Source: Takakia lepidozioides (lineage: Eukaryota; Plantae; Bryophyta). From it: a stretch of DNA of 64,000 bases. The stretch lies in assembly GCA_030704615.1 (NCBI GenBank), contig CM060732.1, positions 28,086,001 to 28,150,000 of the forward strand, written 5' to 3'. Positions 26,401 through 39,885 of this stretch are shown in pieces. A model generated the notes under the pieces. The model was not told where the DNA came from and did no database searches. It worked only from the letters and a program-made list of their open reading frames with translations. Both the position numbers and the translations under genes were made by a program. Positions within the stretch are counted from its first letter, which is position 1; each line of letters starts with the position of its first letter.

Positions 26401-27553
26401 CATGAAAATGGACCTTGACACGACGTACATGCAAATACTCCAAACACGTTAAGGGTTGAGCTCATTTGTGCAGCCCTAGCATGAAAGGCAGTTCAGTCAA
26501 GAAGTTGTTACATGCATACACAAAGTTGACAGGGCTGCAGACAGGTACAAGAGGTTCCCCCTGAAGTGCATCTCTTGCGAATGTTCCAGGGAACTTACAA
26601 ATTGTGTAGTGAGCCAATGACTTCTGTCGATAAAGCCTACAGGAAGGACATATTGAAACTCCATGCAAGGGTGTCCCTGTGTCAGTTACAGCTACCTGTC
26701 TCTGGGGCACACACTAATCCAACTGCAAAACTGGATTCGCCTTGTGTAGCAATTATGGTGCTGACGACCCACTGTTTTCAGGAAGCTGCTACTATCTACT
26801 GCACTTAGATGGTGGGTTTTCGAGGAACAGTCACAGACACCATCATTGAGTCTGCAGAACATCCAAACGCTTGAAAATGCAAATTGATTTCCTGGGAGCT
26901 GTCCACTGTGCCACTTTAATTCAAATTGTGCTGTTCTAATTACAAAATGCCCGAACTGACATCGTGCACGCACCTGTACTCCGAAATTTCCGCTTAGTCG
27001 GAGAGACAAGTGGAATTTGTGGAGAACAGTGAGACAACACAGCCCATCCGCCTCTCTGATGCGGGACACAGAACCCATCCTGCTTGCCCGATAAAGACGA
27101 TTCAAATTATTAGCTCAATTGCAGGGCTTAAGGCGCGTTTGTAATGTACTTTTTCAAACACTTGTAGTACTTGTAGTCAATTCTCTTAAAGTGTGAATGG
27201 TGCCAGCGGTCCTTCTTCTAGCTTCCCAATTCAGCTCATTCATGCCATCCAATCAACAATACAATGGCACCTAGAAAGGAACGCGATGGGAAGGTCAGCA
27301 CAGTTTCCACGATCATTTGGGCCACCTAGACTAGCTCTTGGCAGCTGAGCTTCTTGTCGCGCAATCAAATCTCTCACCAATTTGCCGACACTGCGCAATT
27401 CCCAACACTGTTCCACTTGCGCTGAGAGGGACAGCACCGAGAAAATCCTACAGATACACGTAAAACCCCTAAAAGTATTCAGAGATGACGCACCTGGTGT
27501 AGCAGAGCCGAGGGTGCAGTGATCCGCAACGTTGCGCTGGCCATGGCCGCCAT
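20495..27553 (-). CDS. YgfZ/GcvT-family folate-binding aminomethyltransferase-like protein, plastid type (At1g60990-like); 5' exons uncertain
   Basis: Exons encode PPPIDNDLH (~26200), TFGNDEEAL (~23960), VVEMSHFGRLR, VTGEDRIRFLHNQST, GCDTVFVTPTGRTI, KTAVILLVSP, YIFFADK, GRPSAGKELT, the YgfZ signature KGCYIGQET, and VGKLTS...LPR*. The putative ATG at 27553 could not be spliced cleanly in frame. Confidence 0.85.
24388..25862 (+). mobile_element. Stacked fragments of an RTE/RTEX-like non-LTR retrotransposon inside a YgfZ intron
   Basis: AVRGEFGIPPL, LKFKLR and EDNIHFL; conserved 3' tip gccacaaggctacggcaaacaacgtcttatgagtaca followed by (CT)n. Confidence 0.8.
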
Positions 27554-27799
27554 CTCTCTGGCCCCTTCCTGTTAAGGGGGATTAGAGTCAGGTTCCTGCT
27601 TACTCCAAATCGCCCAAGGCTGTGATGACGTGATGACCATGCTTTAGTTTTGAAGGGTATCTTAGACTTTCATTTGCAAGTTCCCCAAAAACTTTTTCCT
27701 TCATTTTGAAGGGCCGTAATTTTGACTCCCTTCATGTTTTTTTTTTTCGGCCATTCGGCGAGCATGCAGGTAACATTAGAAAGCAGCTCAGAGACGATC

Positions 27800-27950
27800 T
27801 TCCACCTTGATTCCCTCCTTGCGTGATAGCTCTGGTCTGCAATCTTCTGAACCCAAGCATATGTCTAAAATTGCTGCAGACTTTTTCAAGAGTCTTTTTG
27901 AGAAAAGACCCCACACACCTATGGTGAAGGAGGTCAGGGATACCCTTCTG
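27800..27950 (+). mobile_element. Short internal LINE ORF2 fragment (pre-RT region)
   Basis: IPSLRDSSG...MSKIAADFFKSLF, typical of the pre-RT segment. Confidence 0.55.
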
Positions 27951-28381
27951 ACTCCACGAGGTCTCCGTGTAGCAGGTAGCCTACCAGATTTCTTAGTGGT
28001 GATCTTGTGCTTCCCATCATGGACAGTCAGTAACCTCAAATATGTATGTGTATGTTTTTATATTATATCAAGTTTATTCATTTAAAAATATAATAAAATA
28101 TAATTAAAAAAATCTGTTTGCCCTCGATAAAACTTGCCGTGGAAGATCACTTTGAACAATAGTCAAATGCAGAGAGGAAAGGGACATTGTCAATGCCCGA
28201 TGTACAAGAGGCCTGAAGAAAGTTTCTATTTTTTGATATACAGTCCTAGGTATTTTCATCAGAGAGTGACCCTCTTGAAGACCATCAAGACCTAGTCACC
28301 GCACCTATGTTCATCAACTAAGACAGTTTCTGAACTTGTTCTACAGTTTCAACCTTCGCAAGGTCCAATTATGTTCAAAAC

Positions 28382-31300
28382 CTAGTCATAGAATACCCTG
28401 GCCTGTTTCAGCCATGGTCGACCCAGCAATAAGGAGTAAGCTTCCATGACATCATCCATTTTCAACACAGTCACTGTGATATTAAAGATCATCTTCTGAA
28501 TCTGTATCTTTACTCCTCTTATCAAGCCTAATGGTTGTACACTCCTTTGATGTGCCATTGTTACTGTGAATGGGGCTGGTTTCATGTTACTTAGACCAAG
28601 CTTCTGTCTTAATTGGTCTATCATGATATTCACTTCCGAGCCTCCATCTATCAGTACATCAGTCAAGTCTGTGCTTTCAATTTTCAATTGGATTACTGAC
28701 ATGGAATCATCAAAGTCCACGACAGTTTGTTGCCCTTCAGGCTTCACATTATAACTTGTCACCTTGCTGTTCAGGTCTATGTTCTTTGTCACATGAGCAA
28801 TATGATTGATTGCTTGATACAGCCTGTGTCTATAGGGTGCCACGGCCAATAGCTGCCCAATTGTAATCTCAGCTTTGGACTGACATATTACTTCCGCCAA
28901 AGCCCCTTCATTATCATGCATCCATGAAGCCTCTTGCTTCACTTCCTCTTCACCTTCTTCATCTTCTCTTTCAGAGTCAGAAGAATCTGCCATAGGGATA
29001 TCAGTATCCTTCTGCATTTCCCTTATGGTATCAGCCACTCCCTTGTGCAATTCCTTCTCATCTCTCCATGCCTCATCATCTTCAGGCACATCACTGCCAT
29101 CTTCATTTACATCTTCTTCTTCATCCACTGGAGGTTTTAGCTTTGCTTCTGGTAACTATCATTGTACTTACTTCTGGTACAAAACATGGCATAACCATGT
29201 GAGCTGCCACTACTGGGCTTTCATTCATAGGAGCTCTCATTTCATTCTGGTGTCTGATCCAGAATGGACATGCTACTTTGCGATGTCCTGCCTGGTTACA
29301 ATAGTAACACAGTTCTTCACCATTGGGTCCTCGCCCTTGGTCTATTCTAGGATTATTTCTATAATCCTGATTTATTGGCTGGTAATTCCCCCTTGGATTA
29401 CCGTGATAGTTGCCTCTGGGATTGCCTTGGTAATTCCCTCTTGGATTACCTCTTCCTACCATACCATTGTTATATCCACCAGGCCTATCATAGTGGTCCT
29501 GGTCATTATTTCTTCTTGGCTGGGGTTGCACTTGATGCACCTCACTTGCCTAGGTTCTCTTGTAGTTGTCCTTCTATTGTAATAACAATTCTCAGTAGAA
29601 TGGTTATCTATTTTACAAATAGTACAGTGTTTCTCCTTCATGTGGCATTCAGTTGTGGTATGGCCTTCATTTTGACACTTTACACACCAAACACCTTTCC
29701 GTGTTGCAGCCTCTGTGACGTATTTTTTCAAGATTTCTTCCAATCTTTTTTCGTAGTTGTCCCTCTTCATCCTTCTTCTTGCTCTTCGTCCTGAGCTATT
29801 GCTCTTCTTCCTCATCTGACTCATCTTCAGAGTCATCATCATTTCTTTTATCTCTCCTGAGTTTACTCAATTCTGTTGGCTGTTTCGAATGCCTCATCCA
29901 CTGTATTATGAGGTAGCATATCCATTTTCTTTTGTAATTCAGGTCTTAGTCCACTCACAAACCAAGTCTTCTGTAATCATGGTGTTGGTACAGCAGCCAG
30001 TTTTTTCATCATTAACTTCATCTTCTCCATGTACTCTTCAACAGTTTCATGCTTATTTTGCCTTAACTGTTGTAAACTCCCATACAATTCATCTTCAGTT
30101 TTGTTTGTCCTGAACCTGTTTCGGAATGTTCACTATAACAGATCGCGGTATATTTGACTGCCGAGGCGCGGTAGTCATGGTTTTCCTGACTTTGACCATG
30201 ACTTCCCTGTATTTTTGGACCAAATGGGACTTCACGTAGTCGTTGAGATGACTACGTGACTACGTAGTCCTCTGGGCGACTACTTTGGTAGACGTCGTCA
30301 TGACTGTATGGTTTCGCACTAGAGGGAAGGGTGGTCAACGATGGTTGACCAGCGTGAGCTTGCCACCAAATAGTCGCCGGAATGACTTCTAGTACTAGCT
30401 TAGTAACCAAAAGGTTTAATTTTTTTAAAAAGTTGTTTATAGCTATAGCTTATAGCATAGTCATTTCCATGACTGCAGTGTACATGGATGAGGTTACATA
30501 GTCATGATGACTACTGGGGATTTTTTAATTTAGTGTGTATAATACAATTAAAACACCATATGATCATATGAATGACTAATGGGTGTATTGGTTAACAGGT
30601 AGTGAACTATAATTCTTATAGTAAAGAGGTTGCATGTTCAAACTCCTCTAAGTACAATCAAATGGATAAGATGGCCCTAGGGTTAGTAGGCGAGTTAGGG
30701 ATAGCACGTGGTACCCTAGTTATTATAAAATGCATTATGCCACATGGCACAATGCGGTGCGACGCGACGTTTGATATATGTTTTTTTTTTATTTTTTTTT
30801 ATTTTTTTAAATCAATTGCGCCTCGACACGTGGCGCTGTAACGGCGGCTGCAGTATGGTATATATGACTGCAGTGAGAGATATCACTTGGTTCATATGAC
30901 TGTAGTCATCCGGACCGTACCATCCTATACTCATTGTATTGACTTGGTTTACACGACTTACAGTCATAGAAGTCATATGTACCGTTTATGACTGCAGAAT
31001 AGTCATATATACAGTCATAAATACCGCGATCTGTTGTAGTGGTTGTACTAAGGTCATTCCAGATTAGGAAATGATTATTAGGAAACCTTGCATACCATTC
31101 ACTTGTTTTCTTGATAAATGAACAAGAAAATAGTCTCATTTTGGCATCATCGCCATTCTCAATGTTCATAATACACATGTGCTCAAATTGGCTAATGTGT
31201 ACATCAAGATCCCCTTTTCTTGCATATATTGGAAAAGGTGGCTTTGCCCATGTTGGAGGTACCGCCATCTGTGGCCCTACACCCTGCCATTTAACAGGTG

Positions 31301-32039
31301 CTAGTCCTCCTGTAAGTGTTGGTCCTTGAAGACCCGCTGTTGTAGTGGTGGAACTTCCAGTGTTGGCCCCTGAGCACTCCCTGCTACTGACCCCCCTTTA
31401 CTTGCAGTATCCCCAGCTCCAGTTGCACTACTTCCCACATTCTCTGTCCCCCCAGAGCCAGATCCAAGCTGCCCGTCTGATCCCCCTGAGCCGACACCTT
31501 TGTTGGCATGTGATCGAAGTGTTCCACTTGATCCAGATCCAACAGTTTGGGATGTCCTGGTTGTAGTCTCAACCTCAATTGTTGGGTCTACTTCTTCATA
31601 CTCTTCATCTTCCAAATTCTTCTCTTTGTTTTCATCTTCCAAGTTCTTCTCTTGGATTTCTTCTTCCTCACTCATATAACTCAACTGCAGTGGTGTTGGA
31701 GAGTCTGAACTCTTCGTTGGCTCTGCCACATCTTCCTCTCCTTCTTTGTCTTGTGTTTCAAAAACTGGAGTTCCTGCTCTTGGTGTTCCATGCCAACTCT
31801 GATCAAAGATTTCTGTCAAATCTTTAACCCAAGGATGTACCTCAAATCTTTTCCCTCATGGCTGATCTTCTTCATGTACCAAATCTCTTATTCTTTCTTG
31901 TAAAGAATTAGAAATAGCGGCATCCAACTCTGGTTATTCCGGTATGGGTGATGTACTCTATAGCCTTAATGGTATAAGAGGTCCAGATGATTCCCCTATG
32001 TCTATTCCTCTCTCCCAGAGATATGGGTAATTAGCTTTC
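28382..32039 (-). mobile_element. Degenerate Ty3/gypsy gag-protease region, interrupted by a CACTA element
   Basis: Gag-like FPIYARKGDLDVHISQFE...MRLF...EWY; three CCHC knuckles (CVKCQNEGHTTTEC, CTICKIDNHSTENC, CYYCNQAGHRKVAC); aspartic protease VLIDGGSEVN...LLLGRPWL. Confidence 0.85.
30131..31041. mobile_element. Non-autonomous CACTA element (911 bp)
   Basis: TIRs CACTA(T/C)AACAGATCGCGGTAT at both ends; 3-bp TSD GTT; many subterminal GACT/AGTC repeats. Confidence 0.93.
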
Positions 32040-33420
32040 TGTCGTGCGCATACATATCGCTACACAACTACATCGCTGTCCAAAACCACACAACACATGT
32101 GCACGCCACACACTAGTATATCACTAGTCCACCACTAGTCGAGCCACTAGTCCAACCACTATGCTACAACTAGTCAGTCACTAGGTTGTCACTATGCTGC
32201 CCACTATGGCAGTCACTAGTCCACACAATCGCCCCCCTAGCTGGTGCTTAGGTCCTCTAAGTTCAGGTAGCCACAAGATGTGATAGTTACCATAGCCTCA
32301 CTAAGTTCTCCACCACTGTCCCTACTACACTCAAACTCGATAGATCAAGAGGTCGGGTGCAAGAGTTGCCCCATCGTTAGTCGCCGTCTTGCAACCTGTG
32401 AACTTGAGCTTGGGATCTCATGTATTGACTCCTATGAGCTTGGCCTCCCATATCTTGTTAGCTGCCTCCAGTCATGTCCACTGCCACTATCCCAAGCAGT
32501 GTGGACACAACCAATCTCCGTCAGGAACCTTATCAAGAGGTGGTGTCAAGCATCCCATATGCCAACCCCTTGAGCATCGATTACACACCAGCATGGTGAC
32601 TGCCCCTTTGGCAGACCCACAGAGCATGCACCTCAAACCTGCAAGTACCACTGGCAAGTTTGGATTAACTCTGCCATCGACATTGGGAAGGTGTCATGGC
32701 GCAGAATTACGCACATGGTCGTCATGCCATCCCGACCCTCCAAGATCAGGACTCCTGAGGGCAATACCTCTTGAACCCTCAGAATAACACGCCCTACAGT
32801 GACATGCAGGGTCGTAGGAGCAGTCTGCTGCAAATAAACATAGTCACCAGGGTTAAACCTCCGAACCCCCAGGACGATATCCTCCACCACGTATAGTGGC
32901 ATACCTCAACGTATCACGGTGCTGTGCAATGGCAAGGTTCTCAAAAGCCATGGGTATGACATTCTTGAACAACTCTGCACGCTGATCACATGCATGTACC
33001 CACACGTCCGGATTGTCAAGGTTAAGGACTTGAGGAGTGTCCCTTCGAATGGCTGTAGGCAATCCGGCTTTCGGCCAAAGAGAAGGAAATATGGTGAGAA
33101 GGAGGCAAGTGATGCTTGTTTGTTGAACATGTAGCCCATAGCTAACCAAGGCTATCCCAATCTCCTAGGTGTCCTTTCTACAAGCCATACTTGCGCAAAC
33201 CCCTCTTTACCGTCTGAACAACTCTCTCTGCCAAGCCATCGGCCTCAGGATGATCCTGAGAAGTGGTACGGTGGTCTATCAAGGCTTTATCACACAAAGC
33301 CTGAAACTCCCCCAAGAACTCTCTCCCTTGGTCCGTGAGTACCTCAGCTGGAGCACCAAATCGGCTAAGCACACGATCCAAGAATGCATACGCAGCCCCC
33401 TCACTAGCCTTATCAGGCAA
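32040..33420 (-). mobile_element. 3' end of a gypsy LTR retrotransposon: integrase core, C-terminal PHD finger, PPT and short 3' LTR (32040-32227)
   Basis: RFGAPAEVLTDQGREF...HPEADGLAER, SPYFLLFGR and FNPGDYVYL; PHD at 32487-32633; PPT AGGGGGG just before the TG...CA LTR. Confidence 0.88.
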
Positions 33421-33680
33421 TGGAAACGCTCTGGTTTCTTGGTCGCCACTGCACATAGGGTGGCCCAAGCCTTTTTAGCTGCAATTGTCAAGTCAAAGAA
33501 AACCAGAGACATAATATCTGTTGCAGAGGTGTTTTCTTTGTTGAGGGCCCAGGCACAACGACTCTTCCAAATGTTCCAGAGGATTGACCATCTGAGGGCT
33601 TCAAAAACTGGACAGTCAGAAGCCCTAGTCTTCTGCCCCTGGTTGTAGTTGAGAAGGAGCTTGTTGAAAAACGTAACCGT
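33420..33680 (-). mobile_element. L1-like LINE fragment joined to the gypsy integrase
   Basis: LLLNYNQG...CPVFEALRWSILWNIWKSRC; same family as 18304-18760. Confidence 0.75.
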
Positions 33681-33829
33681 TTTTTTTTTAAAAATAATAA
33701 ATGAAAGGGGGTTCATTTTCCTCATGTCCCCACTGGGCAGTTATTCTCATGTAACCGGGCAGGAGAAAATAAAATTTTAAAATCTATAAGTTAAACCCTA
33801 AACTATTTTTGGCTTTAGTTGCTAGTTGT

Positions 33830-34010
33830 GCCACGTTACCGGAGACGGGTCACGGAGGCTGCCACGATGGCGGAGACGGCTCACGGAGTCCGTCGCCGTT
33901 AATGCTGACGGCTTCCGTGGCTCGTCCCCGTCCATGGTGACGGACGTCGTGAGCCGTCATCGTCCACGGTGACGGACACCGAGACACCGTGCCCGTCACC
34001 GCCCAAATAG
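33830..34010. repeat. GC-rich cluster of GTGACGG/CCGTCAC-type motifs, probably a DNA-transposon subterminal region
   Basis: Repeated gacgg/ccgtc motifs in both orientations; no paired TIR or TSD found. Confidence 0.45.
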
Positions 34011-34763
34011 TATTCCATAGTATTCCATACAGGGTGACGATGTGAGCTCAAGGTGACTGCTAGTTTCTACTTTGAAACCAAAAGGCTATCTTGGGCTTCG
34101 AGACGCTCTATCGCCGCTCGGAAGTGAGCACCCTCATCCTCTGCCTGGATCTTGAAGCCCAGCTTGAAGATGTTCTGCCACGCCTTCCTAACAGAGTCCT
34201 TTAGCGAAGCCGTGACAACTCGAGCCCGTGATGGCAATAGGAGGACTGTCCTTCTGTGTTATATATTTAGAGAATAGAGAGGGCATGCTCTTCTTCTGTC
34301 TGCTCTTCTTTTGTTGACCCACTTAAATGGATCTTGAGTAACTTTGTCCCTCGATACCCAAGACACAAGGATTGTGAGGTTACGATAAATCCATTCCAGA
34401 ATCAACAACATATTATATAAAGCTGCTCAAGATTCCACAGCATGTGTGCCAAGTGGGTTCATGTTTGATTGTCTGCATGCGTCACGAGAAAACTACTTGA
34501 ATACTGGAACTGCTCTGTACCAAGCAAAACAGAAGAGTGCACGTACCTCGCCAGCGCACTACCATAAATTTGCACGCGTCAAGAATTCAGACCCTGCTTC
34601 TTTAAGAAACTTCTGAAATTTTTGAGGGTTTAGGATTTTGTCTGCAGCATCCAATAATTACTGACGTGAGAGAAAATCCACACCTTGTTGTTGTTCGATT
34701 CTCCTCCAGGCTGCTATTTGATCGATCTCTTTTGCTGGAGAGAGGAATCTCGACAAGTGCATC

Positions 34764-37181
34764 ATGGCTGCGGTATTTGTAGGGAGAAGCAGAGCCACAG
34801 CACCGATACTGAGCTGTTTGCAGAGGAAAGCGCTGGCAACAGCAATGGCCGAGAAGGATTTGTACACACTGCCGGAACTTCCATATGATTATGCGGACCT
34901 GGAGCCCATAATTAGTGCAGAGATAATGCAACTTCATCATCAGAAGCATCATCGGGCCTACGTGACGGGCTTCAACAAGGCGCTTGAGCAGCTGCACTCT
35001 TCCAAAGATCCAGAGACCATCGTTGATCTCCAGTCTGCAATCAGGTTTAATGGCGGAGGTGTGGATCTCGCCTGTTCAAGTCACAGTTTTCTTTGAACAC
35101 ATCGGATACCAAAGTTTGAGTCTGATGTGAATTTGCATTGATTGTCTATAAATTGAGTCCCCTGTAAACGATGTAGCTCCGTGTAGCTCGCGGGATCAGT
35201 GATGGACTTGAAAACTTCATTTTCGTGAATGCTTCAATTATAATCCCATCATTGACGTATACTCTTCCAGATCTTATCATGTACTGCTATTTCCGTTTCT
35301 ATTCATTTAAAATGTCTTCGTAATTAGCAGCCCGCATGGATTCATCTTGCCATCACAGTCTACTTAATAGGTTTCCACAGCACACACATTGTCTTTCTTC
35401 ATCCTCACCAGTGTATGTATCCTTGGAAGCATCTAGTTCTCCTCAATGCATAACGTCTTATTCCCCCTGTAAGTTGACTTACCCAGCTGATTCAGTTGGT
35501 TTGTATCGACAGGGCGTACAGAATTGTTTTCCATCCCTCCCTCCTGGCATCAGTCTCAAAATTGGAAATTAGGGGAACCCATTGCTGGTAGAAGCTGACA
35601 CGCCCTTTAGTTGATTGGCTTATCCTGCAGGTCATATCAATCATTCAATCTTTTGGAATAATCTTGCGCCACCAAAGGTAATCTTGATGCTTGGAAGACT
35701 TGGGTACGTAATTTGTGTTACTGTACAGTAAGCTGTTTGAGAGTACATACAAACGAGGTTGGTTTTCTGTAGTACTGATAAATCTCTACCATAGCTTTTG
35801 AGAGGTATGCCCTTCTTTGGGATTGCAGGCAGGAGGAGGGGAGCCACCAGACGGGAGTTTCGCAACAACTATCGACTTGGAGTTTGGTTCATATGAGAAA
35901 CTGATGGCAGCAATGAGTATCCTCGGTGCTGGAGTGCAAGGCTCTGGTTGGGTGGTACGTTTTGTTCAACACTGGTCAAGTCTATCTAGAATCTTGCATC
36001 CCGTTCATGTTCGTAGCCATCCGGTCATAGACCCTGAACCTAGAGCACAAGGGGGGACGAAGCGAGGGAAGGATAGAAGAGGTCAGGCGATTATCTACGT
36101 AAAATATTCAACGATCATACTTAAGGGGCCAAGTAGAGACCGAAACGAGACCGGAATGGAAAGGGGTCCCCAGGGGGCCGCCACCTGCATCCTCTTTCAT
36201 TTATGATGGGTCCCAGCTCGGCTCTTTCCATGGAACTGCTTCTGTCGTTCGAAGTAGCTTTCGGTGTACCTAATACCAGTTTTCTGTACTTGCCAGTGGC
36301 TAGGCCTTAATAAAGATTTGAAGAGGCTTGAAATACAGACAACGGCAAACCAGGTATTCCTGTCTCGCAACCTGAATTTGAGCACTTTGCACGGGTGTCA
36401 TTGCGGAGTCTAGATGACTCGGTAAAGTCCAGTTTTTGTGTGATTCTGATGCAGCCTCTTTGTTTGCTTTGCTCACTCCATATTCCTTGGTTTCGGCGGT
36501 ACTGTCGAACGGGTTGATGAAGCCGGCAACAGAATGAACTAGTGTGCAACAAACTTGGCTGGCTGCTCAAATCTTGTAAAACGAATTGGTAGACTGGTCT
36601 CAAGTGGTTGAACGCGAATTCTGTCTGTCAGAGCAGTGAAGCCCGTTTTGGTGGTGGACCCTGTCTGCAGGATCCGTTGGTGACAAAAGGTCTTGTGCCA
36701 TTGCTCGGCATTGATGTCTGGGAGCATGCATATTATCTGCAGGTATGTGCCAGAAGACTAGAGGTGTCACCATCGAAATCTTGGTGGAATTCTCGCCATG
36801 ATAATTTGAGGAGTACAATTCTCAGAACGACGATGCGAATTTGCAAACCTTGATTTATGCGATACACCTGTGAATGGCAGTGTTATACTGATCTGCATCT
36901 GTTAACTATTTCTATGCTTTTAAATGGAGGAAAATGTCGTCTAGTACAGCCTAGAGGCTGTTAGCTAGTCTCTGTAGAACGATCCAGTTCGTTGTAGGAT
37001 CAATCTGAGTTACTAAAATGATAGAGAATCTGAGATCAACAGGGTTAAGGTGAGGTGACAAAATATGACTTGGATTGATCTGTTGCAGTACAAGAATGCG
37101 CGCGCCGACTATCTGCATAACATTTGGAAGGTGGTGAACTGGAGGGATGTGGCCAAACGATATGTCAAACACCTTGAATGA
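34764..37181 (+). CDS. MSD1: Manganese superoxide dismutase with an N-terminal presequence, 6 exons
   Basis: Exons 34764-35058, 35631-35677, 35829-35954, 36297-36353, 36671-36742, 37089-37181; motifs [30 protein letters not shown] and DVWEHAYY. Confidence 0.96.
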
Positions 37182-37671
37182 GTGTTCATCTGGCAAGTGG
37201 TTTCAATAGGAAGCTGCAGACAGGGAACATACTGTAAACACTTCATATTTGCGCCGGAGTTTGTCTTCTGCTCGTTCTTTGTTGGGAGAACGCACTAAGT
37301 GATACGCTGCAGGACAGGCTTCAATGACAGTCTGCGAGCCCTTACCCAACAAAAACTGCCTAATATATATATGTAATAAGAGGAGAATCCAAAGCCGCAG
37401 TCTGATAACTTGTCTACTCTTTTGTAAAAATTAGTCGTGATGATCTGATGGTGGGCTGGCAATGAGTAGTATGCTGTGGTTAGTCATAGCAGAAAATTTA
37501 ACTTTTTTTGGTGGCTTCCTGCACTGCAATCATATCCACTTCCTTGTTTAGGGATTGCCTCTGAAACCCACCCACTCCTTTGTGGTTTCTAGTTTCTACT
37601 CACTTTTACTAACATGGTTGCTATGGACATAAATCCATAAGTTTGCAAAGTAAGTTAAGACAGAAAAGAAT

Positions 37672-38915
37672 GTACTCATAAGACGTTGCTTGCTGTAGCC
37701 TTATGTCCAGTGACCCCGCGCCCAGTTTGAGCGGAAACCAAAGGGACAGAACCTACCTCTGTCAGGGGCTGACGTTTGTAGTAAGACTTACCTTGACACA
37801 TAGAATTGTTCGGAGTGTTCCAGATATCCTCTAGAAGTCCCTTCACACAAGCATCAGTCTGCTGTGTGTGATTTGCCCAAAAACTAGGCCTCATAAGGGC
37901 ATGGGCTTTTGACTCAGCCAAAGTTGGTAAACAGAGGTACAGGCACAATTTCCTTGATAGATTTGAAGAGTGCGACTCTTTGGTGAGAGAACCCTGGGAC
38001 AGTGTATCAGAAAATGAATATTGTCTTCAGATTGCCCACACAACGGGCAATTGCACTCTCCCTTTCCTCCCTGCTTCTGTTTGCTGTTCAAAGGTAGGCT
38101 TTCTGCCCTGAGATTAAATTTCAGTCTAGTGCTGGGAGTGGGTAGACCCTTGAGGTCATCCAAGATGTCCTCCCCCATGTCACAGACTAGAAACAAATTC
38201 ATGGAAGTTTTCTGCCTAACTTCATTTTCATCAAAGAATTTCATGGCAACAGACATGGCTTTGGACACTACAGCCTCTAAGTCAGTTTTATCCAGCAGGG
38301 TCAAGACTTGCGGTTCCAGATCCAGGTCCTTGAGAATCTCTTCTACTCTCTTCTGCCATGACTTAGCCTGTTTGACAGGGCAGTCATGTTTCCAATATAT
38401 AGAGTAGATTAACCTAGGATATCTGGTGTTGGACATATGTTGCAGCTGACCCCACCATCTGACCTTGAATTCAGAATGCCAAACTCACCCCGAACAGCCA
38501 CATTGGCTGTTTTGGAGCATGCTGACATACACTCCTTAAGCACCCCCACTTGAATGGATTCTAGAGACTTAGCCTTGAGTTATAAACCCATATTGCAGAT
38601 CCGTACTCCAAGGCAGGTCTAATAACGCGTCAAAGCATTGGTTTTCTTAACCTCAGAGTTGACTCCTCTGCAGTGGAAAAATTTAGTGAGCCCCAGAGCT
38701 TCAGATTGAACAACTTTCCGGATATGTGCATCCCAATTACAACTGGAGGAAAACTCAACGCCCAGGTAAGTGTAGGAAGGGAGGACCGGGATCTCTTGGC
38801 TACCCCACTGCCACTTAAGATCACTTCCTCCCTCTCCTCTGTCTTTGAATGCTACCACTGCACATTTGCTGAGGTTTGCCTCTAGCCCCCAAAAATCAAA
38901 GTATCTCTTCGCGCA
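37672..38915 (-). mobile_element. 5'-truncated RTE/RTEX-like LINE copy
   Basis: YTYLGVEF, RLKFNLRAESLPLN and CPLCGQSEDNIHFLIHCP; 3' tip aacgtcttatgagtaca at about 37672. Confidence 0.85.
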
Positions 38916-38963
38916 AGACAGAGAAGAAAAGCTCTTAAGAGTAGTCAAATTGAATGTTCCATA

Positions 38964-39037
38964 TAAGTTGCACCGTTCTAACCGATCATCACCCTGGCCT
39001 GCACAGGGTGATGATCGGTTAGAACGGTGTCAACTTA
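38964..39037. repeat. Near-perfect inverted repeat (stem about 33 bp, 7-nt loop)
   Basis: caccgttctaaccgatcatcaccctg / cagggtgatgatcggttagaacggtg is a perfect 26-bp IR, extended by taagttg/caactta. Confidence 0.92.
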
Positions 39038-39885
39038 CACCATCCAAATTAGTGGCCTTGGAACATGAACACTTCCACTAACCTGTGTGCATGGATAATG
39101 GACAGATAAGTACACACGGATTGACATCAGCATCAGTGTAGCAATGACCTATAGTTTGATTTGAAGACCTAACCACTTCACCAACGGACTAGCCCAACAT
39201 GGAAAACAACCTTGTGATAGCGAACCCACAAATGTCTGGAAAGGGGGCTGTTTCCAAACCAAAACCCACTTACCTGTCTAATGACCAGAGAATAGTTTTT
39301 GCCAACAATTATAAGAAATGACATTGCTAACCTAGATGGATAGAGAGAGCAACAGAGAAAGGTGACTGACACTGCCTGTCAGCTATATGGCCAGCTTCTT
39401 TATTCCCACCTTGCCTACAGCCTAGATCACTTGTTTCCTCGGCAGGTCCTGGATATATTGCCTACACACCTCCGGACTGCCTGCTCAAGCTTGCCCTCCC
39501 TTCCTATCACAACAATGTGTATGTTGTAGTGGCAAGTTTTTGCACTTTCTGCTATCACTCTTCTTGCCCTATTGGCCCCCACCCCCCCCACCTCTCAAGG
39601 GTTTCTTATCAGGTGACACAATTCCATTTATTCCCAAGTGGGTCTTAATATACAAACCACCTGATACCAAACAAATGCATCTAAGGACCAGTAGGTTTCT
39701 CTGGCAGGACCAAAGAGAGAAACACTACCAAAATGAATGTGAACCACTGTATGCACAACTACTATACTTCCAATGCGCTCAACATCTACCACACAGATGT
39801 AACTTTCTTACACAGCATGGACAACTACTCTGCCCCCTGGATGGAGTCAAGGCCCCACCACCAACACCTTCTATGCTGCATTTGG

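Noticed and set aside
36030-36200. GC-rich insert in SOD intron 3 (organellar-like?)
   Set aside because: No recognisable feature; would need a BLAST search
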